From the NCBI RefSeq assembly GCF_016432865.1, contig NC_067403.1:262632001-262696000 (forward strand): a stretch of DNA of 64,000 nt. The letters are read 5' to 3'. Below the pieces are notes generated by a model. The model was given only the letters and a program-made list of their open reading frames with translations. It was not told where the DNA came from and searched no databases. This stretch comes from Antechinus flavipes. Its lineage: Eukaryota. How positions within the stretch are numbered: position 1 is the first letter of the stretch; every line of letters starts with the position of its first letter. This document shows, in pieces, positions 15,705-33,690 of this stretch. The translations under genes and the position numbers were made by a program.

Positions 15705-17137
15705 TGTTGGAGTTCTTGGTCTTTAAAATACAATGATGGTTCTCTCTGGGAGAGCAGGTTTCTTGGGGGGGTTTTCTGGAGGCAGCCTTAGTTTCAGTTC
15801 AGAGTAATAATCACCCAAACGCAGCCCAGCGCTAAAAATGCAAACGTTTATTTTCTCCTTCCGAAGTAGCCGGTTAGTTGAGGCCGCTCCCTGCTTGGTT
15901 CCAAGAGCTCTGGCAGCTTGTCCTTTGCTTCTGCCTCTGCTTTCTTCAGCCTCCAGAGCCGGCACCAAGGTGGAAGATGGAATGAATCTCTCTTGCCTCC
16001 GAGAGAGGGCTTGTGGCTCTCAATGTCCCAGAGTGCTCTGTGTCTGTCCCAGAGTGCTCCTCTCCAGTCTAATTCATCTGAACTCCCCTGACTGGGCTTA
16101 GATATGACTCTTCTGAGAGAGTGGGATTGTGTGGAACTAAGCCCCAAAGTTGTCACACAAAGCCCTTTGATCCAGCAGTGTTTCTATAGGGCTTATACCC
16201 CAAAGAGATACTAAAGAAGGGAAAGGGACCTGCATGTGCCAAAATGTCTGTGGCAGCCCTGTTTGTAGTGGCTAGAAGCTGGAAAATGAATGGATGCCCA
16301 TCAGTGGGAGAATGGCTGGGTAAATTGTGGTATATGAACGTTATGGAATATTATTGTTCGGTAAGAAATGACCAGCAGGATGAACACAGAGAGGCCTAGA
16401 GAGACCTACGTGGACTGATGCTAAGTGAAATGAGCAGAACCAGGAGATCATTATATATCTCAACAATGATACTGTTTGAGGATGTATTCTGAGGGAAGTG
16501 GATCTCTTCCATAAAGAGAGCTTTAATTGATCAAAGATGGACAGAAGCAGCTACACCCAGAGAAAGAACACTGGGAAGTGAATATAAACTGCTTGCATTT
16601 TTGTTTTTCTTCCCGGGTTATTTATACCTTCTGAATCCCATTCTCCCTGTGCAACAAGAGAACTGTTCGGTTCTGCACACGTATACTGTATCCAGGATAT
16701 ACTGTAACCTATTCAACATGTAAAGGACTGTTTGCCATCTAGGGGAAGGGAAAAATCGGAACAGAAGCGAGTGCAAGGGATAATGTAAAAAATTATCCTG
16801 GCATGGATTCTGTCAATCAAAAGTTATTTAAAAAAAAAAAGAGAATGGGATTGTGGGATATCTCCCAGAGGGCTCTCTGGCCCTAAGAGCTTCAGGGGAG
16901 GTGTGAATTCACAAAGTTACAAAGTTTACTTTGTGACTCTCCCATACATGTGAACTCCAATGAGTAAAGGTGCAAACACAAGCCTTGTATCAATTAGTTG
17001 TACTTAGTACCTGGTTTTAGGTTCTGGCCCAAAACATCTTCTTGTAGGATCAGATCAGTGATACCGAACCAGGCTAAATTAGGTCATTATTGTCTCTATC
17101 AACTCTAATGACTTAACAGTTTGTAAAGATTCCAAGA
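15705..17137 (-). mobile_element. ERV solo LTR interrupted by an L1
   Basis: Inverted termini TGTTGGAG... / ...GATTCCAAGA (one mismatch from CCAACA). AATAAA on the - strand at 15847-15852. Flanks GGCAG / GGGAG are compatible with a 5-bp TSD (one mismatch). About 0.7 kb once the L1 is removed. Confidence 0.7.
16132..16840 (+). mobile_element. Short 5'-truncated LINE-1 (ORF2 end, 3'UTR, poly(A)), same subfamily as 7619-9870
   Basis: Highly similar to 9130-9870. A tail at 16829-16840. TSD GAGAGTGGGATTGTG (16117-16131) / GAGAATGGGATTGTG (16841-16855). Confidence 0.93.
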
Positions 17138-18127
17138 GGGAGGCCCGAGGGGGCGGGGCTCAAGCTGTGAGTCCCAGGGTCGGGGGATCCCATAAGCCAC
17201 GTGCCTCTGTTTCCTCAGCTGTAAAACGAGGGGGGTCGGCCTCTGGGATCCCCATCGTTTCTGAATCGGTGATCTCTGGGTAATTTTGAGACTCCTGGGT
17301 GAGGGAGGGTGGCGGCACCCCAACAGGGGAAGGACGTGTCCCAGACAGGGTCCCCCAAAGACAGTGCGGGGCTGCCCCCTTCTAGCCCCCTCCCCCTCCC
17401 TGATCTAACCTCACTCTGCTTCTGTTTGAAGGGGTCGAGGAGGGGGTGGACACGTGATCTCACTGCGAGGAGCGCCCCAGCTCCCAGACACCTGCCGGCC
17501 ACAGCTCACTGGGCGGGCTCTGGGCTCTGCCGGCCAAGGTCCCGTGCCACAGGCGGCACGTGGGGCAGAGCGGCGGGAGCTTTGAGAACCGTGGAGTCCC
17601 TGAGCCCCCGCACCCCAACTTGGCAGCCCAGGAATCGGCTCCGGGACTCCGAAAGGCTCTAGGAAAGCCTGAGAGGGTCGGTGGCTCCATCTGGGAGCAT
17701 CAGGCTGGTCTGGTGGAGCCTCAAAGGAGATGGATTTTGAAAGCCCCCCCCCCCCACAGCCCTTCCCCCTCCCCACAGGGCAGCCCCCATGCAGGGAGGA
17801 GGGATGCTGAGGAGCTGCTCAGCTCTGGGGGGGGCTGGCAGGGAGAGCGTGGGGGGGGCGTGGGAAGCACCCCATAGGGGAGGGCCTTCCGTGGGGGGGG
17901 GCATGCTGGGCCTTTCTTGGTGTTTTCTCCCAAAAGCAGCTGAATGTGCTTGAGCAGAGGAGAGCATGAGGTCTCAGTTTCCCCATCTGTCCCATGAGCC
18001 ATCTCAAAGCCCCTTTCTGCTCCAGACTTTGTCCCTCCCGTGGAGCCGAGGGGTCAAGGGGGCCAGGGCTGCCACACCCCCACTTCCAGGGGGAGACCCT
18101 TTGAGGCAGAGAGATGGGAAGACTCCC

Positions 18128-18180
18128 CTAGGCCCTGGTACACAGTAAGCACTTACTAAATGCTTGTTGACTGACTGGCC
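18128..18180 (+). mobile_element. L2 LINE 3' terminus
   Basis: CCTGGTACACAGTAAGCACTTACTAAATGCTTGTTGACTGACTG. Similar L2 tails at ~18884-18925 (-), ~29995-30045 (+) and ~42575-42625 (+). Confidence 0.65.
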
Positions 18181-19087
18181 CTCCCCCAAATCAGCTGCCC
18201 CGGGATGAGGGTGGAGGTTGTGTGTTGCTCCATGGGAGGCAGGCAACACGTGTGGGGGGGTAACTCTCTCCCTGGCCGTCTTCCCCTCAGAGGCTCCGTT
18301 TGCTGGCCGGTTGCCTCAGCTTGTTTCTCTGGGTTTTTTCCATCTGTCTGTCACCGACTCTCAGGACCTGCTTCTGGCTCTGCCCGGCATTCGCTGCCAG
18401 TCTCTCTCTGTCCGACAACTTTTTTGTCTTTCTGTGGGTCTGTGGCGGCCTGAAGGGGGAGCCCAGCTAGGGATAGGTAAGTGACAGTCCCTCTGGCCTC
18501 TGCTCCGGGGAGCAGATGCCCATCCCCCCATCCTGAGCCCCTATTCTCCCATCTTGATCCTCCTATCCTTCCCTCATCCTGACCCTACTGTCCTTCCTTC
18601 ATCCTGAACCCCATTTTGAGCCCCACCCCCATCCTGAGTTCTAGACCCCCCCAAACCCTTTCATCCTGAACCCCATTTTGAGCCCCACTCCCTTGTCCTG
18701 AGCCCATTCCCTCTGTTCTGAGTCCCCACCCCCTCAAGCCCCCAACTCTTCCTCATCCCGAGGATTTAGGGGAGTCTGTGTGAGGGACACTGATGAGGAT
18801 GGGGAAAGGTCTCATGAGCCGCCGCTGAAGGTCGGGGAATGTTTATTTAGCCTGGAGAAGACTAAGGGCAGAGAGAAAAGAACCAGGCATTTATTAAGCA
18901 CCTTCTGTGTGTGAGGGACAGTTAAACACTTCTCAACCCGATCCCTTTGGATCCTGCTCCGGCCCTGGGGCGATGTCCTCCTCCTCCTCCTGCCTTTCCA
19001 GCTGAGGAAACAGGTCATGGAGCTAAAGGGTCTGAAGGAAGCCTCTGACTTCAGGTTTTCTGGATTTTTGACCTTGCTCTGTGACTG

Positions 19088-19106
19088 TGGCGCCACCTTG
19101 TGGCTG
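19088..19106 (-). promoter_or_regulatory. Strong CTCF motif CAGCCACAAGGTGGCGCCA
   Basis: Close match to the CTCF core consensus CC(A/G)(C/G)(C/T)AG(G/A)(G/T)GGC(G/A)C; the only departure is A at the variable eighth motif position. Confidence 0.7.
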
Positions 19107-20459
19107 TGTCGGAGGGAATGTCGGAAGGGGAGAAGTCGGGCTCAGTCGGGCTCAGTCGGGCCCAGCGCTTGCCCGGGCTCGACAGGGACGACAGCTCCTC
19201 CCCGTGGGTTGGGGGCGCCAAACTTGCCCCCCGGGAAATCCTTCCTGGAGCCTCGGTGCCTTCTGTCCATTCCTCCTCTCCTCCAACCCACCTCTTTCAG
19301 CCCCCCGTCCGTGTTATTTCCCCCCATTAAAATGCTGTGTTTGAAGGACTGAGTTCGCGTTGCTGGTGTTTGTGCCCCTTCGCTTGGCGCGGGCCCGGCT
19401 CGTTGTGGTTCCGTCCTTTCAGACTCCTCAAGGCCCCGTTTGAGTTTCCTGGGCAGGCGGTTTGCTACCCGCTTCCCCAGTTTTACAGATGAGGAAACTG
19501 AGGCAGCCCCGGCCTGAGGGACGTGCCCAGGGCCACCAGCCAGGAAGGGTCTGAGGAGAGATTCGGATCCTGGCCTAGCCCCCTCCCGCTGCACCGGCCC
19601 GCTGCCTGGCACCCGCCCCTCGCCCGCCCCAGTGCCCAGACCTCCTTCTGTCCGTCGCTTGGGAGCCCTGGCCCTGGGAAAGGCCGCGCTTCCCCGGAGC
19701 TGGCCGGGACTAGTTCGGTGCGGACATGGGAAGGATGAACCGGAGACTTGGGCCTTTTGAACTGAGTCAGGGCATTTCTCCCGGGCCAGAATGGGGGGAA
19801 AAGCTTGATTGTCTTTTAACTGCTGCGGAGGAGGGCAAAAGGTGGGCATCCGGTGCAAGGGCCTCGGGGCCAGGAGCGGGGGCTGGAGCAGGGAAAGCTG
19901 GGGAGGGCTGGAGAGCGCAGGGAGGAACCGGGGCCCAGAGGGGCAGCGACAGGCAGGAGGGAAGGGGCTGGGGGTCAGGAGGAGCTTGTTGAGGGTCGTT
20001 GATGCTGTGAGAAAGGTGAGCTCAGGAGAGAACGGGGAGCTTCAAGGTCACCGAGGGAAACTTGGATTAAGAGCAAGAACTAGGGTGGGGGAGTCATGAG
20101 CCCCCCCTTCACTCAGGAACTTCGGGGGCCCAAAAGTGACGTGACCTTTCACTCAGGAAGTGAGTGGTGAGACTGCAGGGAGGTCAGTGAGAGGGCTGAG
20201 GGAAGGATCGGGGAGGGGACATTCAGCATGGGGGAGGGATGAGGGGGTTCAGGATGAAAGAGGGAAGGAGGATGGGGAAGCTGGGGCTCGGGATGAGGCT
20301 CAGGATGAGGGAGAGGGGGATAGGGGCTCAGTCTGGGGGGGGAGGCTCTGGATGAGGGAGGGAGGGGGGATGGGGAAGGCTGGGGCTCGGGGCTCGGGAG
20401 GGATGAGGGGGATGGAGGAGGCTGGGGCTCGGGATGAGGGGGGAGGGGGGAGGGATGAG

Positions 20460-21250
20460 GGATGCGGCAGCGGGGCGCGGGGCTGGGGCCGCCCGCGGGG
20501 CGAGCGCCCCTCCTGGGCCACAGGCACAGCTGCTGCTCTCGGGGCCAGCCCGGATTGCAGAGCTGAGCAGCGTCGCCACCGCGGGCGCGGGGAGGGGGCG
20601 GGGGCGGAGGCGGAGAAGCGCCTCCCTCCGCTCTCGCCGCGGCCCTGGGGCCCGGCCCCCGCCCCCGCGGCCGCCGCTCAGTCCCGAGTCCGGAGTGAGC
20701 TCGCTGACAGGTGACAGGTCCCGGCGCCAGGGAGGGAGCCTTCGGGCAGCCCGGGGATGGGAGGGCCGGGCGGGAAGGGCGGCGGGAGGGAGGAGGGAGG
20801 AGGGAAGGGGGAGGAGGGAGGGGGAGCGGAGCCGGTTCTGCCGCAGACGGTCCGTCAGTCCCGGCTCGCTCGCTGACTGGCTCGGGGAGGGCTCCGGCCG
20901 CCGCCAGCCCCAGGCTCGGGAGGCCTGGGAGGGAGGGACTGAGGCCCGGAGCGGACGCCGGACCCCGGGGACCAGGGGGTGGGTGGGCTTCTTGGGGGGA
21001 GACCGGCCTTCCCTCCCCCACTGCCCCCCAGCTGGGGCGGTTAGGGGCTTGGCTGCTCCTTCCCTGCCCAGGCGTCTGTGAGTGAGTGTGAGTGTGTGTT
21101 TGTGTGTTTGTGTGCCGGCTGCCCCGGGATGTCCCTGTGTCAAGGAGGGCGTCTGTGAGTGTTCCGAGTGCGCTGCGTGGGGAGGGGAAGCTCGGGGTCG
21201 CCGCGGGGAGGGGGGAGGGCACTCCTTGTGTTGTGTCCGAGCGCGGCCGC
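20460..21250 (+). promoter_or_regulatory. CpG island; probable IFITM10 promoter and non-coding first exon
   Basis: Dense CpG and GC boxes 0.7-1.5 kb upstream of IFITM10 exon 2. Candidate donors CAG|GTGACA (20711) and TCT|GTGAGT (21078). The phase-0 frame upstream of each donor is closed by a stop, so the exon is probably non-coding. Confidence 0.6.
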
Positions 21251-21336
21251 TGAGGGATTGCGCCTGTCAGGGCCTGGGGACCGAGGGTGTCTGGGAGGAC
21301 ATGGCCTGGGTTTGAAGATGTCATTGTGAGGGATGA

Positions 21337-27374
<6,038 letters not shown>

Positions 27375-30300
27375 GGGGGGAGGGAAGCCCCGGCACCCCG
27401 CCCCCCCATCCCGCTGAACTGTCAGGGGGAGAAGAGCGTTTGGCTTGGACGTTTTTACAGGGGAATTAATCATTTAAAATATTTATTTTCAATATAAAGG
27501 GAGGGGAGGGAGCCAGAGAAGGACAGGGGGGAAGCCAGGGTGGGGCTGCCAAGGCCGGCCGAGTCCTGGCCGGACACCACGATGGAGTGGGAAGCGGGAG
27601 AAGGGGATGAGTGGGGCCCTAGGGGGCCCTGCTTCTGTCCCACACGCTAGACAAGGCCCTCCCCACCCAGGGCCTCGCCCCCAGACCCACCTTCTCCTTG
27701 GGTTCGCTTCAGCTACACCCGCAACCCCGTCAATCAGCGGCCTGGCCTGTCAGCACCCCCAGCCCCGCATCCCCCCGCCCCCGCCTAAGGGCACAGCCCC
27801 AAGCACCCGGCAGAGCTGCCCCGGGGCAGGGCAGGATGGGGGTCATTGCTTGGGGCCGTCGCCCCGCTTAGAGCTGCCGAGATCCGGTGACTTTGCTGTG
27901 AACCACCTCTGCCCGGCCGCCGGAAGCCCGATTTCTAAGGTTGGGACCGCGGAGGAAGGCCCTGGAGAGGCCGGGCTCCCCCCCTCCCCGGGCTTCGGAA
28001 CGCCTCCAGGGAACCAGATGGATGTGCTTGGGAGGGGAGGACGCAGGGCATGGTCCCATCCCATTGCTTAGGAAACAGGTTCTCAGACAGGGGAGGGGCT
28101 TTGCCAGCTCCCCTCCCCCCCATGTCAATCACCAGTGAGAAACCAAGGACTGCCAGAGGGATCCTTCCCCACGTGCTCGGGCAGAATGGCCCCGCCCTCA
28201 GGGAGGGGCAGAGGGGCGGGGCCCAGACTCACCTGGAGAGGAAGGAGGCGGGACGGCTGTTGTGAGGAACCTTACTATACTCAAACACTGTGACTTGAAA
28301 TTCTGTGTGAGTGTGTGTCTGTGTCTCCGTGTGTGTGAGTGTGAGTGTGTCCCCGTTCACACCTGCTCCTGTGCTGCTGCCCGGCCGGCTCCTCCCTCAG
28401 GCTGGCTCCCCGGCTCCGGGAGCTCGCCCTCTTCTCGCGGGCTGTTGCTGAGCGGCGCTGGGGCTTTCCCCGCTCTGCCCACTTGTTGGCAGGATGGCTT
28501 TGGACTAGTCCTTGGCCTCCCAGGCTGAGGTCGCGGGCTGGGTCTGCCAGCCCTTCCTGCCGCCTGAGTGAATATTGAAGCGGAGAGAGAGCTCACGGCT
28601 AAAGAAAAGCAAGCCCCGAGGCTCTGGGGAGAGCCGAGGCAGAGGCAGCTGGCAGACCCTCCCCCTCCCCCAATCTACCTGCCCCCTCCCCCCCACGCCC
28701 CTGCTGGGACTTTGGCTGGTCCGGAAGGAGAGTCTCGGGGCGACTGTAGGGAAAGGGGCTGAAGTTCAAGGGAATAGGAAGAGCCTCTGACCGCCGGGGA
28801 CCGCCGGGGAGACGCGTGTGGGACTGAACCGAGGGGGCCGGCCTCCAGAGCAGAGGCCAGCCTTCCTCTAGGGACAAACAGCACAGAAAGGACCCGGGGC
28901 CGCTGAGCCGAGTCCCACGGGGTTTGTGGCAGCAGCCCCACAGCTGGAGCCAGAGCAGCCCGCGGTTCTGGGAGTTCGGAGGCCATGGGCGTCCACAGCA
29001 GCACTGGCACCCGGAGCCCCGGGTCCAGGACCTGCCCGGGCTTGGCCACTTGGATCAGGGCTGAGGGAGCGGGTAGGGACGCTTTTCGCTGAATTGGCAC
29101 GCCCCTGGTACCCTCGGTCTCCGGACACACTTCCCAGTGGGCAAACAGTAGCCCCGAGTCACTCCCTTCCCTCTTCCTAAGGCAGCTCTCCCAGCTAGGT
29201 CCCGGCCTTGCCTTTGGCCCGGGCTGGGCCCCCGCTGCCTCTTCATCCAGCTCCCACCACTGCCATGTTCCAAAGGGCCTTTTGTTCTGGTCATGTTCAT
29301 AGGTCTCTCCTATTCTGAGAGATTTCCTCAATTCCGGGTCTGGGAGGGGCACAGCTCCTGCTCCTGCCTTCCTGGGGTGACCCACCTCTGAGCTAGGAGC
29401 TGGGGCACCTGGCTTTGGTTACCCATGTGACCATGGTCAGTTCTTTCCCCTTCTGGGCCTCAGTTTCCCCATTTGATCCCTCATTTCCCCATGCCAGGCT
29501 CAGGATGAAGGAGGAAGGAGCAGAGAGGAGAGGAGAGGACAAGGCCCCGGTACTCCCATTTGTGAGTTCTGAGCCATCAGGACCATGGGTGGATGTTAGG
29601 CAGGGCCTGAGCTAGTACAGCGACTCTGGGGCTCTTCAAGGGGCTCGGGGTCCAGGATCAGGAGTCTATTTTCCCATCTCTGAATCCCACTGAGCCCCAG
29701 CAGCATCTAGGGAAGTTGCTGCAGCGGCCCAAGGGCTAGAGGGGGCCATGATTCCTGCCTTTCTTCAAGGCTGAGCTCAGGGGTCATCTGCTCTAGGTCG
29801 TGTGCTGGTGAAGGTGAGCACTTCCTGTCTGGATTCTCCCAGCTGTCCCTGAGGCGAGGGGCTTCCTGTGCGCTCTCCACTCCCACTCTCCCTTGTAACT
29901 TGTCTAAGCCTTGAGTTCCCTCCTCCCCCTGTGCTCCTCGCTGACAGAACCTGTGAACTTTATCTGTCTGTCATTTATCCTCTTGCCCAGCTCAGGGCCT
30001 TGCACACACTCGGTGACTAATAAATGTTTGTCTAACTGAACGGAATGGAGCTTTTCTGTCCCATAGTGGAGGCAGTGAACAGCATAAGCCTGGAGTTCTG
30101 CAGGCCCTGAGCATGTCTTGGCACAGTCTTGCCCTGAGCATGTCTCGAAACAGGGCAGGTATAGACAGAGCACCGACCCGGCTTGTTCAGGCTGCAAAGG
30201 GCTGCCTGCCCGCTCCAGCCAGAATCCTGCGCCTCTGTCTCACCTCACCTGCTTGGTCCAGCTCCTGCCAGTCCCTTCCTGAGAGGGGCTTGTGGACAGG

Positions 30301-30796
30301 ATCCATCCTGGTTGACACCTGGCTCCATCCCAGGGAAGTGCTGGTACTGAAGATTGGTTTCCCATCGCCCTGTCCCCACCCCTACACCATTGTCTCTGGG
30401 CTTTGACCCAGCACCTGGGGCCAGAGGAAGTTAGGGGTCATTGGAATTTAGTCTGTGGGGGCTCCTGTGGGTCTTTTATCTAGTTACCTTCTTGGGGGGG
30501 GGGTAAAAGAAGGACGAATGAGCCAAATTCTGAGGGTCTCTAGAACTAAAGAGAGCGACTGAGCCTGGGTCCCAGAATCCAAGAGCGTGGCCAGACAGGA
30601 ACACTCCTGTGCTTGTTCTGTTTGTCTGAGTGGGTGCAGCCCTTGCTGGGGAAATGAGGAAGGAGCATAGGGGAGAGACCTGCTGCCTGCAGAGCTACTT
30701 GCTGCCCAGCCCTTCTTGGGGTTTCATTGTTACCTGAAGAGAAACTGTTGCTTCTTTGTCTGCCTCAGGGAAGAGTGGAAAGAGTGTTTGCTCTTA

Positions 30797-33650
30797 GGCC
30801 TTGGCAGGCTGGAAGTTTTTCTTCTTGGCCTACTAGCCTATTGGAGCTGTGACTTGGGCCCATTCATAGTTTGAGGGATCCTAGGCCCTGGGCTAGAGAA
30901 GCCATGACCTCCTTCTCTGGAGAGGTGACTTTGCCTCCCCTTTCCTTTCTTCTTCCCTCCCTGCTTTCCCTTTTCTGGTTGCTATGATTAGCCTTTCTAA
31001 GACACCTGCCCTAGGAGAGCAGAGGCACAGGCCCACAGCTGATGGGGAAATCTTCCAGGTTTTCCCCATTCCCAATGGTGCTGGCACTTGGTCTGAGGTG
31101 GGGGGTCTGTTGAAAACATTCCAGAAAAGAGCTTTTCTTCCTCCCCTTTTTGGGGCTCTACCAAACTGAAGAAGCAGGTGCGCTCTCTTAGCCACGGCCA
31201 TTCTCCTCTGTATGACCATATATTCTCAGTGGGGCTTCTCTTCCCAACTGATAGTTGATGTAAAGAGATTTTCTCTCTTTCTAGATAATGGACAAAATTT
31301 TCAGGGAACAGTTTTTGCATTCTGCAAACAGGGGTCACTGCATATATATGAAAGACTGCCTGCTTCTTTGGATTTCCTTTTTTTTTTTCTGCTTGATTTT
31401 TGATGGTTTTTTCCTGAAGGTTTACAATAGTTTTCTTTACCTATCCTATCCGTCACAGGTTTTGTTATCAGTACAATAACAGTCATCTTCTTGATGAAAA
31501 ATTTGGTGAAATGCAAACCCCCAAACTAACTTTCTGTCTCTCTCTGTCCTTCTGGGTCAGTCTCTTGTCTCTCAGTTTCTGTGTCTCTGTGTGTCCTTTT
31601 CTTGTCTAACACAATATGTGCATTTCCCCCAAACATGGTAAGTAGGCCTGTATCCTGACACCAAGGAGGGCAGCACAATTAGTCGCCTGGAAGAGAGTCT
31701 CAGACTGTTCCCCAACACATGGAGAGCCAACACCCGAATGGATGTAACCAGATCTAGTTCAGCAGAAATCAGGAGAAAGTACAGACCTTCCTGAAGTGCT
31801 GATACTCAAGAGCACTCCTTCTAGGTGGAGGGAGTATGGCTTCTTTGTGGTTGTCCAGGGGCTGCGTCTGCTCAGGGAATGCAAGAGCATTTGGATCAGT
31901 TGGAGAATTGGGAGGCCATTCCTCTACCTGCATCCTTCTAAAGCCCAGGCTGACTGGACAAAGGCAGGCAGGAGATATTGGGGCAGCCTCTTAAGCCATT
32001 GAGAGTTTTCCTTGGAAAATGGAGGCCCAACTCCTTCGAAGTCAAGTGCTGTGTGCCTGGAATGGGCTCTAAAAGTTTGAGCTCTTCTCCCTTGGAGAAG
32101 TCACTCAGTGTTGATCGAAGGCAAGAGGAATGTGGCAAAGGAACCAGTTCTGGGGCCAGTGCCCCCCATATCCCACTGTGACAGACCAAGAGCCCCAGAT
32201 GTACCTGCCTATGAAAAGGGCTGACTAAGTGCTCAGAGCACAGACTGCAGATTGCCCCAAGAGATTTGTGAAGGAAAGCAAGATATTTTCAGGGTTAAGG
32301 ATAATGTTTATTGAAACAAAATGATTTCCCTGGTTTCCAGGGACAGCCAAAGGAGCCCAAAATAAGCAAAGAGACCCTTTGGAGGAGAAAGTTGGGGAGT
32401 CCAGGAATGAAGGCTGTTGGGAGGCAACTCAGCAATCTGCAATGATGGCCCCACATTTGGGGGCAGGGCAGATGATCCTTGGAGATGACCTAGAGGTTCC
32501 CCGGGGGGTCTGCATGGTTTGCTGGGCAGCCCTTTGCCGGTTGTTCTTGGCAGGGTGATGTCTCCTTGGCTAAGGAGGTGGGAGAGCATATGAAGGATGG
32601 GAGGATGAGGATATGGAGTGCTCCTGTGGCAGGGCTGTTTCCTGGCTAAGAAAGGAGATCAGGAAATCCCAGACTCAGGGTTCCCTGATGGTCCTGGGGT
32701 CTAGGTCATCAGCAAGGATGCTGAGACAGGAGCTGTGGGTGGGAGCTGGGAGTGGAGGAGGTGTCTTGTTGAGGCAGGGCAAATTTTCCTCACGGTTGAA
32801 TGGAGAGGGGATTATGGGAGCCTCAGATCTTACACTGGCAGCAAATCTTACACTGGACTAGCAGCAGCAGGGCTTGCAACAGCTGGACTGGCAACAGCTG
32901 GGCTTACAGCAGCTGGACTGGCAGCAGCTGGATTGGCTGCAGCAGGGCTTGCAGCAGCTGGACTGGCAACAACCCCCACAGCCTCCACCACAGCTGGAAC
33001 AGGAGCAAACAGGCACACAGCAGCAGACAGGCTTGCAGCAGCTGGACTGACAGCAGCTGGATTGGCTACAGCAGGGCTTGCAGCAGCTGGACTGGCAACA
33101 ACCCCCACAGCCTCCACCACAGCTAGAGCAGGAGCAAGCAGGCACACNNNNNNNNNNNNNNNNNNNNNNNNNNNNNNNNNNNNNNNNNNNNNNNNNNNNN
33201 NNNNNNNNNNNNNNNNNNNNNNNNNNNNNNNNNNNNNNNNNNNNNNNNNNNNNNNNNNNNNNNNNNNNNNNNNNNNNNNNNNNNNNNNNNNNNNNNNNNN
33301 NNNNNNNNNNNNNNNNNNNNNAGCAAACGGGCACACAACAGCTGGAGCCACAGCCTCCCTTGCAGCCTCCACAGCTGGAGCCACAGCCTCCCTTGCAGCC
33401 TCCACCACAGCTAGAGGACGAGCATGCTGGCACACAGCAGCACACAGGTTTGCAGCAGCAGACGGGCACACAGCAGCTGGAGCCACAGCCCCCACAGCTG
33501 GAGCCACAGCCTCCTGAACAGCCACAGCAGCTCATGATGCTGAGAGATTGGAAGAGATTGGTGTCCACAGGGGAGGAAGGTCTCAAGAGAGAGAGGAGTC
33601 AGTGGGTTGTGGTAGCCCCTCTCTGCTCCCGGCTTTTATACTGTGGTGCA
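30797..33650 (-). repeat. KRTAP5 duplication unit A (gene plus ~2 kb 3' flank), inverted relative to units B-D
   Basis: The reverse complement aligns by eye to 55.4-57.0 kb and 62.6-64.0 kb (e.g. 30888 CCTAGGCCCTGGGCTAGAGAAGCCATGACC vs 56870-56900). Confidence 0.85.
32858..33535 (-). CDS. KRTAP5: KRTAP5-family ultra-high-sulfur keratin-associated protein, copy A (single exon, 225 aa, ends at a premature TAG)
   Basis: [39 protein letters not shown]...[12 protein letters not shown]. In frame across a 174-nt N run (33148-33321). TATAAAA at 33634-33640 (-) and AATAAA at 32307-32312 (-). The paralog number cannot be assigned. Confidence 0.9.
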   Translation of the reverse strand: MSCCGCSGGCGSSCGGCGSSCCVPVCCCKPVCCCVPACSSSSCGGGCKGGCGSSCGGCKGGCGSSCCVPVCXXXXXXXXXXXXXXXXXXXXXXXXXXXXXXXXXXXXXXXXXXXXXXXXXXXXXXXXXXXVPACSCSSCGGGCGGCCQSSCCKPCCSQSSCCQSSCCKPVCCCVPVCSCSSCGGGCGGCCQSSCCKPCCSQSSCCQSSCCKPSCCQSSCCKPCCC

Positions 33651-33690
33651 GCTGCACTATCAATAACAAAGGACACGTGCTCACTTCCTC
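33634..33690 (-). promoter_or_regulatory. KRTAP5 copy A core promoter: TATA with HOX13-like, LEF/TCF, E-box and ETS motifs
   Basis: + strand TTTTATA (33634-33640), CAATAA (33661-33666), ACAAAGG (33666-33672), CACGTG (33675-33680), CACTTCCT (33682-33689). Confidence 0.6.

Noticed and set aside
20149-21324. 391-aa minus-strand Pro-rich ORF and overlapping ORFs in the CpG island
   Set aside because: Low-complexity translations of GC-rich promoter DNA, where stop codons are rare.
30019-30024. AATAAA as the IFITM10 poly(A) signal
   Set aside because: It is part of an L2 3' tail (AATAAATGTTTG). Use is possible but nothing in the sequence supports it.
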